DNA of 64,000 bases from Rhodoferax sp. (GCA_020048895.1 JAIFLV010000088.1:20182-84181); one strand, 5' to 3'; shown: positions 19,400 through 28,643, numbered from the stretch's first letter. The notes: generated by a model from the sequence alone, not told the origin. Translations and numbers: made by a program.

Positions 19400-19633
19400 C
19401 TATCGGTCAAACGTTGGCGCATCGACATCGGGCACGTGTGCCAATGCCGCGCGAAATTTATCGGCTGAACCGCGTGCTGCGCGTTCGTTGAGGTACTGTT
19501 CGGTTGCCAGGGCAGACACTTTTTCAGCGACTGCAGAGGCGATGAACTGGTTCATCGACACCTGGTCCTGGCGCGCAATGTCGCGGGCCATGCGATGCAG
19601 GGAATCGGGCAATCGGATGCTAATGGCGCTCAT
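19400..19633 (-). CDS. Ribbon-helix-helix (HicB-like) antitoxin
   Basis: MSAISIRLPDSLH...VSMNQFIASAVAEKVSAL; start overlaps the PIN gene stop. Confidence 0.85.
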   Translation of the reverse strand: MSAISIRLPDSLHRMARDIARQDQVSMNQFIASAVAEKVSALATEQYLNERAARGSADKFRAALAHVPDVDAPTFDR

Positions 19634-20049
19634 GTTGGTGGGTCCTCCAGAAAATTCAAAAATTCGCGTGGCGTTTGCACCACCACACCCAGTGGGCGGG
19701 CGCGCTTGAAGTCGGCAACGTTCCAGGTAACGATCCGGGCGTTGGCCTTGACCGCCAATTCGAGCACGAAATCGTCCCCTGGGTCCTTGAGTACCGGTCG
19801 CCACAGGTAGTAAATCTTGTGGTGCGTGGCGCGCGCGCACATGAAATCGACTACATCATCGATGTGGTCCGCCGTCAGCGCCAGCAGGCCCCGTTTCAAC
19901 ACGGCTTCGTACTCCGCGACCAGAGTGGCGCTGATGTGCAACTGGAAGCGGTCTTCGGTCAGCATCGATAACAAACGGTACGACGTGCCCTTGGAAGAGC
20001 GCAGCGCGGTGAGCAATACGTTGGTGTCCAGGACAATATCGGACTTCAT
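19630..20049 (-). CDS. Putative toxin, PIN family
   Basis: IVLDTNVL, LVAEYEAVL, DPGDDFVLELA, IVTWNVADF acidic PIN motifs. Confidence 0.9.
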   Translation of the reverse strand: MKSDIVLDTNVLLTALRSSKGTSYRLLSMLTEDRFQLHISATLVAEYEAVLKRGLLALTADHIDDVVDFMCARATHHKIYYLWRPVLKDPGDDFVLELAVKANARIVTWNVADFKRARPLGVVVQTPREFLNFLEDPPT

Positions 20050-20095
20050 TTTGGTATTATAGGGAATACCGAAATTACGGATTGTGAGGCTTGCG

Positions 20096-20545
20096 ATGGA
20101 ATGCACAGTGAGTTGGACGGGTGGACTGGCGACCCGCTCGGGGATGGGTTTTGTGGCCGAAACCGGAAGCGGCCACACGCTTGCGATGGATGGTGCGCCG
20201 GATGCCGATAAGCCGGAAAACGGCGGGCACAACCTGGCGCCGCGCCCGCTGGAGCTGTTGCTGGCGGGTGCCGGTGGCTGCACGGCCTACGATGTGGTGC
20301 TGATACTCAAACGCGGTCGCCACGCGGTCAGCGGTTGTACCGTCAAGCTCACCGCCGAGCGCGCGCCGGTTGACCCCAAGGTGTTTACCGCCATCAACAT
20401 GCATTTCACGGTCACCGGCAAAGCAGTTCCCGCCGCTGCGGTGGAACGCGCCATTGCCATGAGCCACGACAAATACTGCTCCGCCAGCATCATGCTGGGC
20501 AAAACCGCCAGCATCACCACCAGCTTTGAAGTGCAGGAAGTCTGA
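20096..20545 (+). CDS. OsmC/YhfA family protein
   Basis: FVAETGSGH, PLELLLAGAGGC, SHDKYCSAS. Confidence 0.92.
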   Translation: MECTVSWTGGLATRSGMGFVAETGSGHTLAMDGAPDADKPENGGHNLAPRPLELLLAGAGGCTAYDVVLILKRGRHAVSGCTVKLTAERAPVDPKVFTAINMHFTVTGKAVPAAAVERAIAMSHDKYCSASIMLGKTASITTSFEVQEV

Positions 20546-20548
20546 GGT

Positions 20549-21166
20549 TTACACGTGGTGCGCCACAGTGGTCATGACCTTGGCCGTGGCGCGCATCAGT
20601 TCCTTGACCGGTGAGGGCAGGTCTACTGCGCCAGCCTTTTTGGCATCGTCTGCATGGCGTAGTTCGTCGTCGTGCATCTGGGCGACGATGGCGCGGGATG
20701 CGTGGTCGCCCTCGGGCAGGCGTTGCAGGTGGCTTTGCAAGTGGGCGCCAACCTGCACTTCGGTTTCCACGACAAAACCCAGGCTGATGGGGTCGCCTAG
20801 CCGCCCCGCCAGCAAGCCGAGGCCAAAAGCACCGGCATACCATAGCGGGTTAAGCAACGATGTGCGGGAATCCAGCTCCCGCAAGCGCTGCTCGGTCCAC
20901 GCCAGGTGGTCGGTCTCTTCGATGCATGCTCGGGTGAAATGGGCGCGCAGTTCGGGATTCTTGGTGGCGAGCGCTTGTGCGGTGTAAAGTGCCTGCGCGC
21001 AGACTTCGCCCACATGGTTCACCCGCATCAGGCTGGCGGCCAGCCGTTTTTCGCTGGGGGTGAGCTCGGTTGAACGCTCTGGCAGTGTCGGGCAGGGCTG
21101 GGCCGCGTGGTGGGTGGTGAACAAAGTGCGCAGCGCCGTGTCCAGGGCAGTTAGCAGGGCATCCAT
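20549..21166 (-). CDS. coq7: Demethoxyubiquinone hydroxylase Coq7
   Basis: MRVNHVGEVCAQALY, EETDHLAW, ETEVQVGAHL, DELRHAD di-iron motifs. Confidence 0.95.
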   Translation of the reverse strand: MDALLTALDTALRTLFTTHHAAQPCPTLPERSTELTPSEKRLAASLMRVNHVGEVCAQALYTAQALATKNPELRAHFTRACIEETDHLAWTEQRLRELDSRTSLLNPLWYAGAFGLGLLAGRLGDPISLGFVVETEVQVGAHLQSHLQRLPEGDHASRAIVAQMHDDELRHADDAKKAGAVDLPSPVKELMRATAKVMTTVAHHV

Positions 21167-21418
21167 AAAATTCATCTGGTGAAAAGCCGAACCGTCGAGT
21201 CTACCCCCGGTTGCGGTACGGCTGGCGGAAACAAATTGTTGCACACCTGCAACGAAAGATCGGGTAATCCCGCTTTGAGTAAGTCTTTTTAAGGCTTTGC
21301 TTTGCCAAATGGCCCGTGGTCTGGTGCAATATGGGTAACTTCCTTAATAGGAGGTTGGCCCGGGGTTCCGAACCCTCATCGGACCGGAGCCCTTCGTTTA
21401 ACCTTGGAGTATTTCTAA

Positions 21419-22468
21419 ATGAAAAAAACCCTCGTTGCCTTGGCTGTACTAGCCGCTTCTGGCGCCTCAATGGCACAAGTTACCATGAATGGTACTTTCG
21501 CTTTCGGCTTTGTTGAAACCAGCACTGGCAAAGCTAGCGCAACTGGCACTACGGTGAAGAGTTCTGGTCTGGGTGTGCAGACTTCGGATGTTACTTTGAA
21601 CGTCAAGGAAGACCTCGGTGGCGGTATGGGTCTGTCCCTGTCGTATGGTTTCGGTGGTCTGGACCGCTCTGGCGAGTCTACATCCCAGCCTTACGCCACG
21701 GGTTCCAACGGCCCAGTAACTGGACGTAACGGTTCAGCCACTTTGACCACACCCGTTGGCGCTTTCACTTACGGCTCCAACAAGATTGCTGATTACCTGA
21801 ATGCAATGGCCGGTCTCGGGATGAACATTGACGATATGTCCGACACCCGCGGCCTCAACCTGCTTGCCCCACGTGCACGCCGCGATTTCGTGCAGTATGA
21901 CGCTCCCATTGGCGCCTTCCGCGTGAGCTTGGCCCACCTTGAGTCAGCTAATGACCTCGGTATTAATGATGGTTCCCAGGGCCTCAATGGAGGCAGTGCA
22001 CAGCGTATCAATGTGGTGGGTTTGACCTACGGCGCGAAAGGATTGAATTTGAACGGCCAGTATTTGTCCTATGACAATAACTGGACTCCACGCGGCGGTG
22101 CGTTGATTGATGGCAACATCGACAACGTGGTTCGCTTTGGCGGTAACTACAACTTTGGCATGGCCAAGGTCGGTGCCGCAATGCAAATTGCAGATTACAT
22201 GGGCAGCCGCAAAGACACGCAAACCATGCTGACCGTGGCTGTACCGCTGGGTGCGATCGATCTGGCTGCCAGCTACGCGATGCGCAAGGTTGAAGATTCA
22301 TTGGCCGCCAATACGAATGGCGACCGCGACGGCTACCTGCTCTACGCAGCTTACAACATGAGCAAGCGCACTGCACTGAAGTTCCAGTACTCCGATGTGA
22401 AGTCGGCCGTTGCCGCTGGTCAGGAAAACTCCACCACAATGTACGGGATCATTTCGCACAAGTTCTAA
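21419..22468 (+). CDS. Gram-negative trimeric porin (Omp32-like)
   Basis: MKKTLVALAVLAASGASMAQV signal, EDLGGG, YNMSKRT, C-terminal HKF. Confidence 0.93.
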   Translation: MKKTLVALAVLAASGASMAQVTMNGTFAFGFVETSTGKASATGTTVKSSGLGVQTSDVTLNVKEDLGGGMGLSLSYGFGGLDRSGESTSQPYATGSNGPVTGRNGSATLTTPVGAFTYGSNKIADYLNAMAGLGMNIDDMSDTRGLNLLAPRARRDFVQYDAPIGAFRVSLAHLESANDLGINDGSQGLNGGSAQRINVVGLTYGAKGLNLNGQYLSYDNNWTPRGGALIDGNIDNVVRFGGNYNFGMAKVGAAMQIADYMGSRKDTQTMLTVAVPLGAIDLAASYAMRKVEDSLAANTNGDRDGYLLYAAYNMSKRTALKFQYSDVKSAVAAGQENSTTMYGIISHKF

Positions 22469-22505
22469 TCCAAACGCTGGCTTGATGCCAGTTTGGAAAG
22501 GAAAC

Positions 22506-22542
22506 AAGAAACCTGTTTGCAGCGATGCAAGCAGGTTTTTTT
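22506..22542 (+). terminator. Intrinsic terminator after porin 1
   Basis: AAACCTGTTTGCA-GCGA-TGCAAGCAGGTTT followed by a T run. Confidence 0.85.
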
Positions 22543-22560
22543 ACGTCTGGTGGAAGGGCG

Positions 22561-22614
22561 CACTGGACAGCTTTCCGACGAAGTTCCCTTTACAAAATTG
22601 AACCCTTGAAGTGA
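22561..22614 (+). pseudogene. C-terminal remnant of a DUF4160-like gene
   Basis: Reads ...HWTAFRRSSLYKIEPLK* with no start, ending 5 nt before DUF2442; W...KIEPLK* resembles DUF4160 C-termini (recall). Confidence 0.5.
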
Positions 22615-22619
22615 TCGCC

Positions 22620-22886
22620 ATGAGTACATTCACCACATTGCCGCGTCCGACTGCTGTGAAGGCCCTTGGAGACTACACGTTAGACCTTACTTTCAACAAC
22701 GGCGAAAGACGCGTGTTTGATGTTGCATCGTATTTGGAATACCCTGCCTTTCAAGCATTAAAGTCGATCAGTTTGTTTATGCAAGCACGGGTAGAGCACA
22801 ACACCGTGGTTTGGAACGACGAAATTGATATGGCACCTGAAAACCTGTACTTGGAGAGCGTCTGTTCCATGTGCGCGCCAAGATGA
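22620..22886 (+). CDS. DUF2442 family protein
   Basis: VKALGDYTLDLTFNNGERRVFDV, TVVWNDEIDMAPENLY. Confidence 0.88.
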   Translation: MSTFTTLPRPTAVKALGDYTLDLTFNNGERRVFDVASYLEYPAFQALKSISLFMQARVEHNTVVWNDEIDMAPENLYLESVCSMCAPR

Positions 22887-23083
22887 AGGCGCTGCTGATG
22901 ATCAGTTGACATTGCTCGTTGCCTGCGCGGTTGCGGCAGCGCAACACTCGGCTTGTGCACAAGTGATGTCCACCAAGAATGCGACCCAAAGCGGTGCCAA
23001 GCACGGCAATATTTGTTTAAATCGTCAGTGGACGACAAGGGTGCATTGTTGTACCCGATTACATAATTATTGGAGACAATCAA

Positions 23084-24373
23084 ATGAAAAAGACACTGGT
23101 TGCGGTGGCCTCGCTGGCCGTTGCGGGATGCGCTATGGCGCAGGTGAGCGTGAACGGCACCTTTAGTTTTGGCTACAAGGCCACCACCAAGGGCAATGCC
23201 GCAGGAACCCAATCCAGTGGCCTGGGGGTAGACCAATCTGAAATACGGTTGAGTGCCAAGGAAGACCTGGGCAGCGGCCAAAGGCTTGAGGCAAAGTTGA
23301 GCTTCGCCGGCGCCGATCGCAGCGGGGAGTCCAGCGCGCAGCCTTTCGCCACCGGCTCCAATGGCCCGGTGACCGGGCGTGATGCCAGCCTCACCTATAC
23401 CAATATGTCTATCGGGCAGTTCAAGTTGAGCTCGGCGCAGGGTGGTGATTACTTCACCTCCGTGGCCGGACTGGGTGTCTCTGGTCAGGGCGAACCCTTG
23501 ATCGAAATGGATGGCAAACTGCACGAGCTCAAAGGTCCGGTGGATGCCATCAGCTACACGGTGCCGGTGGGTCCGGTGTATCTCAACGTCGAGCACTCTG
23601 AGAGCGGCTCGTTCCTGGGCATAGGTAAAGGCAGCACCGGTGGCACAGCACAGCGCAAGAATACCTATTCCGTGTATTACAACGGCGGTCCGCTCACGCT
23701 GTTGGGCGCATATCGCACCTATGACCGCGGTTTGGATGGCCTGTGCCCAGATGCGGCGGGGGACTGCCTTAAGCTACGGGCAACAAAGGACAATCTGTAT
23801 AACTTGCAAGCTGCATATGATTTTGGCGTGGCCAAAGTCGGTCTGGCATACCAGTTTGTAAACGCCACTGCGGGCATGCACCAGATTGACACCATGGTCA
23901 GTGTGGCAGCACCCCTGGGCCCGGTCATCGTAGCAGCGTCCTATTCCACGAGTGAAATGACGGACCCACCAGACACCTCCAAGTTTGCAAATATTGGCGC
24001 TGGCGGTGCCTGGGAAGCGACCCAGTATGCAGGCAAGACCGATGGTTATGCCTTTGGCGCAAAGTACGCCCTGAGCAAGCGCACCAGCATTCTGGCGCGC
24101 TACGCTTCCTGGACGCACAGTGGCTATTCGCGCTACGAAGCGGATGCACCCTTCAAGGCTGTGGCACTGCAAGCGTTTGGCGGCGCAGCCTACAACTATG
24201 GCGTGGCCAAGGCCACCTTCGACGCAGCACCGAGCGCTGCCGCCGGAGCTGCGTTGCAGCAAGCCGGTGGCGCCATGCAACAAGCCTGGGCAGCTGCCAA
24301 AGCCGCCTCAGCGGGCTTGACCGCCAGCAACTCTGCCAACGAGGCTGGCATCTATCTGATACACACGTTCTGA
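23084..24373 (+). CDS. Gram-negative porin, paralog of the upstream porin, with a long Ala-rich insert
   Basis: Same signal style, EDLGSG, shared DRSGESxxQPxATGSNGPVTGR, YALSKRT, ends IHTF. Confidence 0.9.
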   Translation: MKKTLVAVASLAVAGCAMAQVSVNGTFSFGYKATTKGNAAGTQSSGLGVDQSEIRLSAKEDLGSGQRLEAKLSFAGADRSGESSAQPFATGSNGPVTGRDASLTYTNMSIGQFKLSSAQGGDYFTSVAGLGVSGQGEPLIEMDGKLHELKGPVDAISYTVPVGPVYLNVEHSESGSFLGIGKGSTGGTAQRKNTYSVYYNGGPLTLLGAYRTYDRGLDGLCPDAAGDCLKLRATKDNLYNLQAAYDFGVAKVGLAYQFVNATAGMHQIDTMVSVAAPLGPVIVAASYSTSEMTDPPDTSKFANIGAGGAWEATQYAGKTDGYAFGAKYALSKRTSILARYASWTHSGYSRYEADAPFKAVALQAFGGAAYNYGVAKATFDAAPSAAAGAALQQAGGAMQQAWAAAKAASAGLTASNSANEAGIYLIHTF

Positions 24374-24409
24374 GGCATCTGAAGCCAGAGCGAATTTCAT
24401 GAAGCGATG

Positions 24410-24439
24410 GCCCCGGTGGGTGACTGCTGGGGCTTTTTT
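24410..24439 (+). terminator. Intrinsic terminator after porin 2
   Basis: GCCCCGG...CTGGGGC followed by TTTTTT. Confidence 0.7.
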
Positions 24440-24468
24440 GTGCCCAAAACTTGCTTAGCTTAAGCACC

Positions 24469-25725
24469 ATGCCAGAACCCACACTCGCTCTTCAATCCCG
24501 CGCCTTTGCCCACATTGCCGCCTTTCACCCCGAGCTCACTGCCCTGCGCCGGGACCTGCATGCGCACCCCGAATTGGGTTTTGAAGAGGTGTACACGGCC
24601 AAGCGGGTGGTGGAGGCGCTCAAGGTTTGCGGCGTCGACGAAATTCACGAAGGCATAGGCAAAACTGGGGTGGTCGCGCTCATTCGCGGGCGTGGCGCCG
24701 CAGGGGCGGGCGCTATGGTGGGCTTGCGCGCCGACATGGATGCCCTGCCGATAACTGAGCACAACGAGTTTGCCTGGCGCTCCGCCGCCCATGGCTGCAT
24801 GCATGGTTGCGGGCACGATGGCCACACCGCCATGCTGGTGGGTGCCGCACGCTACCTGAGTGAGACCCGCAATTTCGCTGGCACCGCAGTGCTCATATTC
24901 CAGCCCGGCGAAGAGGGTTATGCCGGTGCCAAAGCCATGATGCAAGATGGTCTGTTTGAGCGTTTCCCGGTGCGCTCGGTGTTTGCCATGCACAACTGGC
25001 CGGCCATGCGTCCGGGCACGATCGGCATCAACGCGGGGCCGATGATGGCCGCGGCGGACCGCGTCAGCATCGAGATCACCGGGCGCGGCGGCCACGGCGC
25101 TCACGCCTACCAGACCGTGGACCCGGTGCTGGTGGCGGCGCATATCATCACGGCGGTGCAGAGCATCGTGTCGCGCAACGTCAAGGCGGTGGACAGCGCG
25201 GTCATCAGCCTGTGCGCCATGCAGGCCGGTGATCTTGGTGCAATGAGTGTGGTGCCCGGTTCGGCCACGCTGGTGGGCACCGTGCGCACCTTCAGCCCTG
25301 TGGTGCAGGACCTGCTGGAACGGCGTCTTCACGAGTTGTGCACTTCAGTCGCCCAGGCATTTGGTGCCACGGCCGTGGTCACTTTCGAGCGCATGTATCC
25401 GGCCACCATCAACACCGCGGTGGAGGCGCAATTTGCCGGCAATGTAGCCAGCAGTCTGGTCGGTGAAGACAATGTGGTGCGCCATCTGGAGCCGAGCATG
25501 GGTGCCGAGGACTTTTCCTTCATGCTGCAGGCCAAGCCCGGTGCCTACCTGCGCCTGGGGCAGGGCGACGCCAGCGGTAAAGGCACCTGCGGCCTGCACA
25601 ACAGCCGCTACGACTTTAACGACGATGTATTGCCCTTGGGGGCAGCGTTGCACGCCAGGCTGGTCGAGCACGCGTTGCCTTTGCCTGTGGCCCAAGGGCA
25701 AACGGGATTGGACCACCCGAGATAA
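24469..25725 (+). CDS. M20 family amidohydrolase (hippurate hydrolase-like)
   Basis: HAHPELGFEE, LRADMDALP, MHGCGHDGH, FQPGEEG, GAEDF, LHNSRYDFND. Confidence 0.95.
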   Translation: MPEPTLALQSRAFAHIAAFHPELTALRRDLHAHPELGFEEVYTAKRVVEALKVCGVDEIHEGIGKTGVVALIRGRGAAGAGAMVGLRADMDALPITEHNEFAWRSAAHGCMHGCGHDGHTAMLVGAARYLSETRNFAGTAVLIFQPGEEGYAGAKAMMQDGLFERFPVRSVFAMHNWPAMRPGTIGINAGPMMAAADRVSIEITGRGGHGAHAYQTVDPVLVAAHIITAVQSIVSRNVKAVDSAVISLCAMQAGDLGAMSVVPGSATLVGTVRTFSPVVQDLLERRLHELCTSVAQAFGATAVVTFERMYPATINTAVEAQFAGNVASSLVGEDNVVRHLEPSMGAEDFSFMLQAKPGAYLRLGQGDASGKGTCGLHNSRYDFNDDVLPLGAALHARLVEHALPLPVAQGQTGLDHPR

Positions 25726-25754
25726 CAACGCCACGAATGATGACGCAATGAGCG

Positions 25755-26822
25755 TCAGCAGATGCGTGGAAGTTGCTCTCCGCTGAGCCAGTCCACCACC
25801 CGACGTCCGCCCAAACGTGTTTGCATCTGGACGAAATGGTGTGGGTCATCGTGGACAGTGCCAATCTGACAGGCAGCTTGGCCCAAGGGGTGGGCGCGCA
25901 TGCAGGCCAAGGCCGACTCTGCGGCTTGTGCGTCACAGACCATGATCAGCTTGCCCTCATTGGCAATGTAGAGCGGATCCAGCCCCAGCAACTCACAGGC
26001 GGCCTCCACCTGTGGCAACAGTGGAATGCTGGCTTCCATCAGCATCATGCCCACACCGGACTGCCGGGCGATTTCATTCAGGGTGGTGGCCAGACCGCCG
26101 CGCGTCGGGTCACGCAACACACGCACACTGCCGGGTGGCAAGGCCGCCAGCACATCGGCCACCAAGGTGTGCAAAGCAGCCGTGTCCGAAAGAATCGCGG
26201 TCTCAAAGTCAAGCGACTCGCGCTTGGACAGCACCGCCACGCCGTGTTCACCCAGTGTGCCAGACACCAGCACCACATCGCCCGCCCGCGCCTGGTCACC
26301 ACCAATGTGGACTCCCGCAGCCACCACGCCCAGGCCGGTGGTGCTGATAAAGACACCGTCACCCTTGCCTTTTTCCACCACCTTGGTGTCGCCAGTGACG
26401 ATGGGCACGCCTGCCTCACGCGCCGCGTCCCCCATCGATTCGGCAATACGCTGCAGCTCGGCTAGCGGGTAACCTTCCTCCAGAATGAAACTTGCCGACA
26501 AGTACAGGGGGCGGGCGCCCAGCATGGCAACATCGTTGATCGTGCCGTGTACCGCCAGGCAACCCAGATCGCCGCCGGGGAAAAAAATGGGCGAAACCAC
26601 ATGCGCGTCCGTTGCCATCACCAGGCGACCGCCTTGCAGCAGCTCTGGCGGGGTGGGCAAGGTAGCCCCGTCATTGCCCTGGCGCAGGAACTCATTGTCA
26701 AACGCCTTGAGAAAGATTTCTTCAATCAACTGCGCGCTGGCGCGACCACCGGCTCCATGGTTCATGTCCACCCGCCCGTTGCGAATGTCCATCGGGCGCA
26801 CATAGGGAGGCTTGGAACTCAT
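25755..26822 (-). CDS. hypE: Hydrogenase maturation protein HypE
   Basis: HGAGG, TDAHVVSPIFFPGGDLG, GDTKVV, RDPTRGG, NEGK, C-terminal LPRIC. Confidence 0.97.
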   Translation of the reverse strand: MSSKPPYVRPMDIRNGRVDMNHGAGGRASAQLIEEIFLKAFDNEFLRQGNDGATLPTPPELLQGGRLVMATDAHVVSPIFFPGGDLGCLAVHGTINDVAMLGARPLYLSASFILEEGYPLAELQRIAESMGDAAREAGVPIVTGDTKVVEKGKGDGVFISTTGLGVVAAGVHIGGDQARAGDVVLVSGTLGEHGVAVLSKRESLDFETAILSDTAALHTLVADVLAALPPGSVRVLRDPTRGGLATTLNEIARQSGVGMMLMEASIPLLPQVEAACELLGLDPLYIANEGKLIMVCDAQAAESALACMRAHPLGQAACQIGTVHDDPHHFVQMQTRLGGRRVVDWLSGEQLPRIC

Positions 26823-27958
26823 GCCGATACCACCGCAATGTCGCGAAAACGACCATACGAATAGTGTGCTGCACAGGCGCCCTCGGAAGACACCATGCAG
26901 GAGCCCATCGGGGTCTCAGGCGTGCAGACGTTGCCGAAGAGTTTGCAGTCGGTCGGGCGCTTGACGCCGCGCAGAATAGCCCCGCAGTCACATTGCTTGT
27001 GGTCGGGCACCCGGGTGTATTGCAGATCAAAGCGCGCCTCGGCATCCCAATCAGCATAGGTCGATCGGATTTTGAGGGCGCTCAAGGGTACGTCGCCCAA
27101 ACCACGCCACTCAAAGCTGTCGCGCACCTCAAACACATCGGCCACGGCGGTTTGCGCGGCTGCATTGCCATCGCGGGTGACGGCGCGGGTGAATTCGTTT
27201 TCCACTTCAGCACGCCCCTCATTGATCTGGCGCACCAGCATCAAAATCGCCTGTATCACATCCAGCGGCTCAAAGCCAGCGATCACCACCGGTTTTTGAT
27301 AGCGCTCGGCGAAACCCTCATAAGGCCTGGAGCCAATCAGGATGCTCACATGGGCCGGGCCGACAAAACCATCGAGCGGAACCGTGTGCCAGTCTTTCAC
27401 CTCGGGCGATTCCAGAATATGGGTGATCGCCGCCGGCGTCAACACATGGCAGGACAAGACGCTGAAGTTCTTGAGCTGTTCCCGCCTGGCCGCTTGCAGT
27501 GCCAAGGCGGTGGGTGGTGTGGTGGTCTCAAACCCGATGGCGAAAAACACCACTTCGCGCTGCGGGTTGTCGCGGGCGATCTTCAGGGCATCGGTGACCG
27601 AGTACACCATGCGAATATCCGCACCGCGCGCTTTGGCCTTCATCATCGACAAGTCGCCCGAGGCTGGCACCCGCATCGTGTCGGCGTAGGTGGTTACGAT
27701 CGCGCCTTGCTGCATGGCCAGTCCAATGGCCTGGTCGATACGGCCAATCGGCAGCACACACACCGGGCATCCCGGGCCATGAATCATGCGTACATTGGCG
27801 GGTAAGAGGTCGGCTACGCCGTAACGCGAAATAGCATGAGTATGGCCACCACAAAATTCCATGAAGTTGTAGTTGCGACTGGGGTCGGCCTCGGCCAGGA
27901 TGCGCTGGGCAATTTTCTGACCCAAAGCTCCATCGCGGTATTCGTCGATGTACTTCAT
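26819..27958 (-). CDS. hypD: Hydrogenase maturation protein HypD
   Basis: MEFCGGHTH, GPGCPVC, GFETT, PMGSCMVSSEGAC. Confidence 0.97.
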   Translation of the reverse strand: MKYIDEYRDGALGQKIAQRILAEADPSRNYNFMEFCGGHTHAISRYGVADLLPANVRMIHGPGCPVCVLPIGRIDQAIGLAMQQGAIVTTYADTMRVPASGDLSMMKAKARGADIRMVYSVTDALKIARDNPQREVVFFAIGFETTTPPTALALQAARREQLKNFSVLSCHVLTPAAITHILESPEVKDWHTVPLDGFVGPAHVSILIGSRPYEGFAERYQKPVVIAGFEPLDVIQAILMLVRQINEGRAEVENEFTRAVTRDGNAAAQTAVADVFEVRDSFEWRGLGDVPLSALKIRSTYADWDAEARFDLQYTRVPDHKQCDCGAILRGVKRPTDCKLFGNVCTPETPMGSCMVSSEGACAAHYSYGRFRDIAVVSA

Positions 27959-28203
27959 GCGCCCACCTTCGGCATCGATTCATTGCGCTGGCTGATTTCC
28001 AGTTCGGCAAACAGCGCCAGGGTGTGCGCGGCTTCGTCTGGATCCATCAGCCCAATGGCATGACCGACATGCACAATGACGTAATCATCGACCCGGGCCT
28101 CCGGCACCAATTCGATCGAGATGGCCTTGCGCACCCCTCCCAAATCGACCGTGGCTTCGAGTCCATGGACCGCAACAACGCGCGCGGGAAGAGCTAGGCA
28201 CAT
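27955..28203 (-). CDS. hypC: Hydrogenase maturation chaperone HypC
   Basis: MCLALPARV N-terminus, YVIVHVGHAI; AAGGAG SD. Confidence 0.96.
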   Translation of the reverse strand: MCLALPARVVAVHGLEATVDLGGVRKAISIELVPEARVDDYVIVHVGHAIGLMDPDEAAHTLALFAELEISQRNESMPKVGA

Positions 28204-28378
28204 ACACGACTCCTTGACAAACTAAGCTTAAACGCTGGACGGCAACCTCTGCATGCAGTGCAGGTCTTTTTGAGCGTTTCAATGGTAGCGCACAGCAAGG
28301 TAGTTGTGCCCGAGGCAGGGTTTGACACCAAGTTGCCAGCACTTATGCCGTGGGGCCAATACAAATCTCCAGAAACGC

Positions 28379-28403
28379 AAAAGCCCCACGAAGATCGTAG
28401 GGC
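28379..28403 (-). terminator. Intrinsic terminator (minus strand)
   Basis: GCCCUACG-AUCUU-CGUGGGGC-UUUU. Confidence 0.8.
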
Positions 28404-28570
28404 CTGCACGTTTGCCGCATCGCTGCAGCCAATGTCGTTACTAGCCAGTAACGTAGACCGGCCAAGGTAGCGCCGGTTGTGGGGTGAGGAGGACTTGGAT
28501 CGGATCTATATGTACCACCTTTCACAGGAGCTCTTGCTGGTGTCGCCGACATCAGTCAAGGATTCCTTGT
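28379..28570 (-). ncRNA. Candidate ~190-nt small RNA
   Basis: Bounded by a sigma70-like promoter and an intrinsic terminator; internal hairpins; CCUCCUCA anti-SD tract. No Rfam search was possible. Confidence 0.55.
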
Positions 28571-28576
28571 AAATCC

Positions 28577-28604
28577 ACTATAGGCAATGGGCGGCAAATT
28601 GCAA
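28577..28604 (-). promoter_or_regulatory. Sigma70-like promoter for the candidate sRNA
   Basis: TTGCAA (28604-28599) -N16- TATAGT (28582-28577). Confidence 0.6.
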
Positions 28605-28643
28605 GGGGAATTTTCCACAATACCGATCTGTCAAACAGTCTAA

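Noticed and set aside
28204-28378. Sigma54 promoter or hypF remnant upstream of hypC
   Set aside because: The GGCAC...TTGC match has wrong spacing; no HypF C-terminal motif (NDGGxxLGQ) found by eye.
28343-28552. 69-aa ORF MSATPARAP...
   Set aside because: Runs through an intrinsic terminator and has no recognisable features; an ncRNA reading is preferred but the peptide is not excluded.
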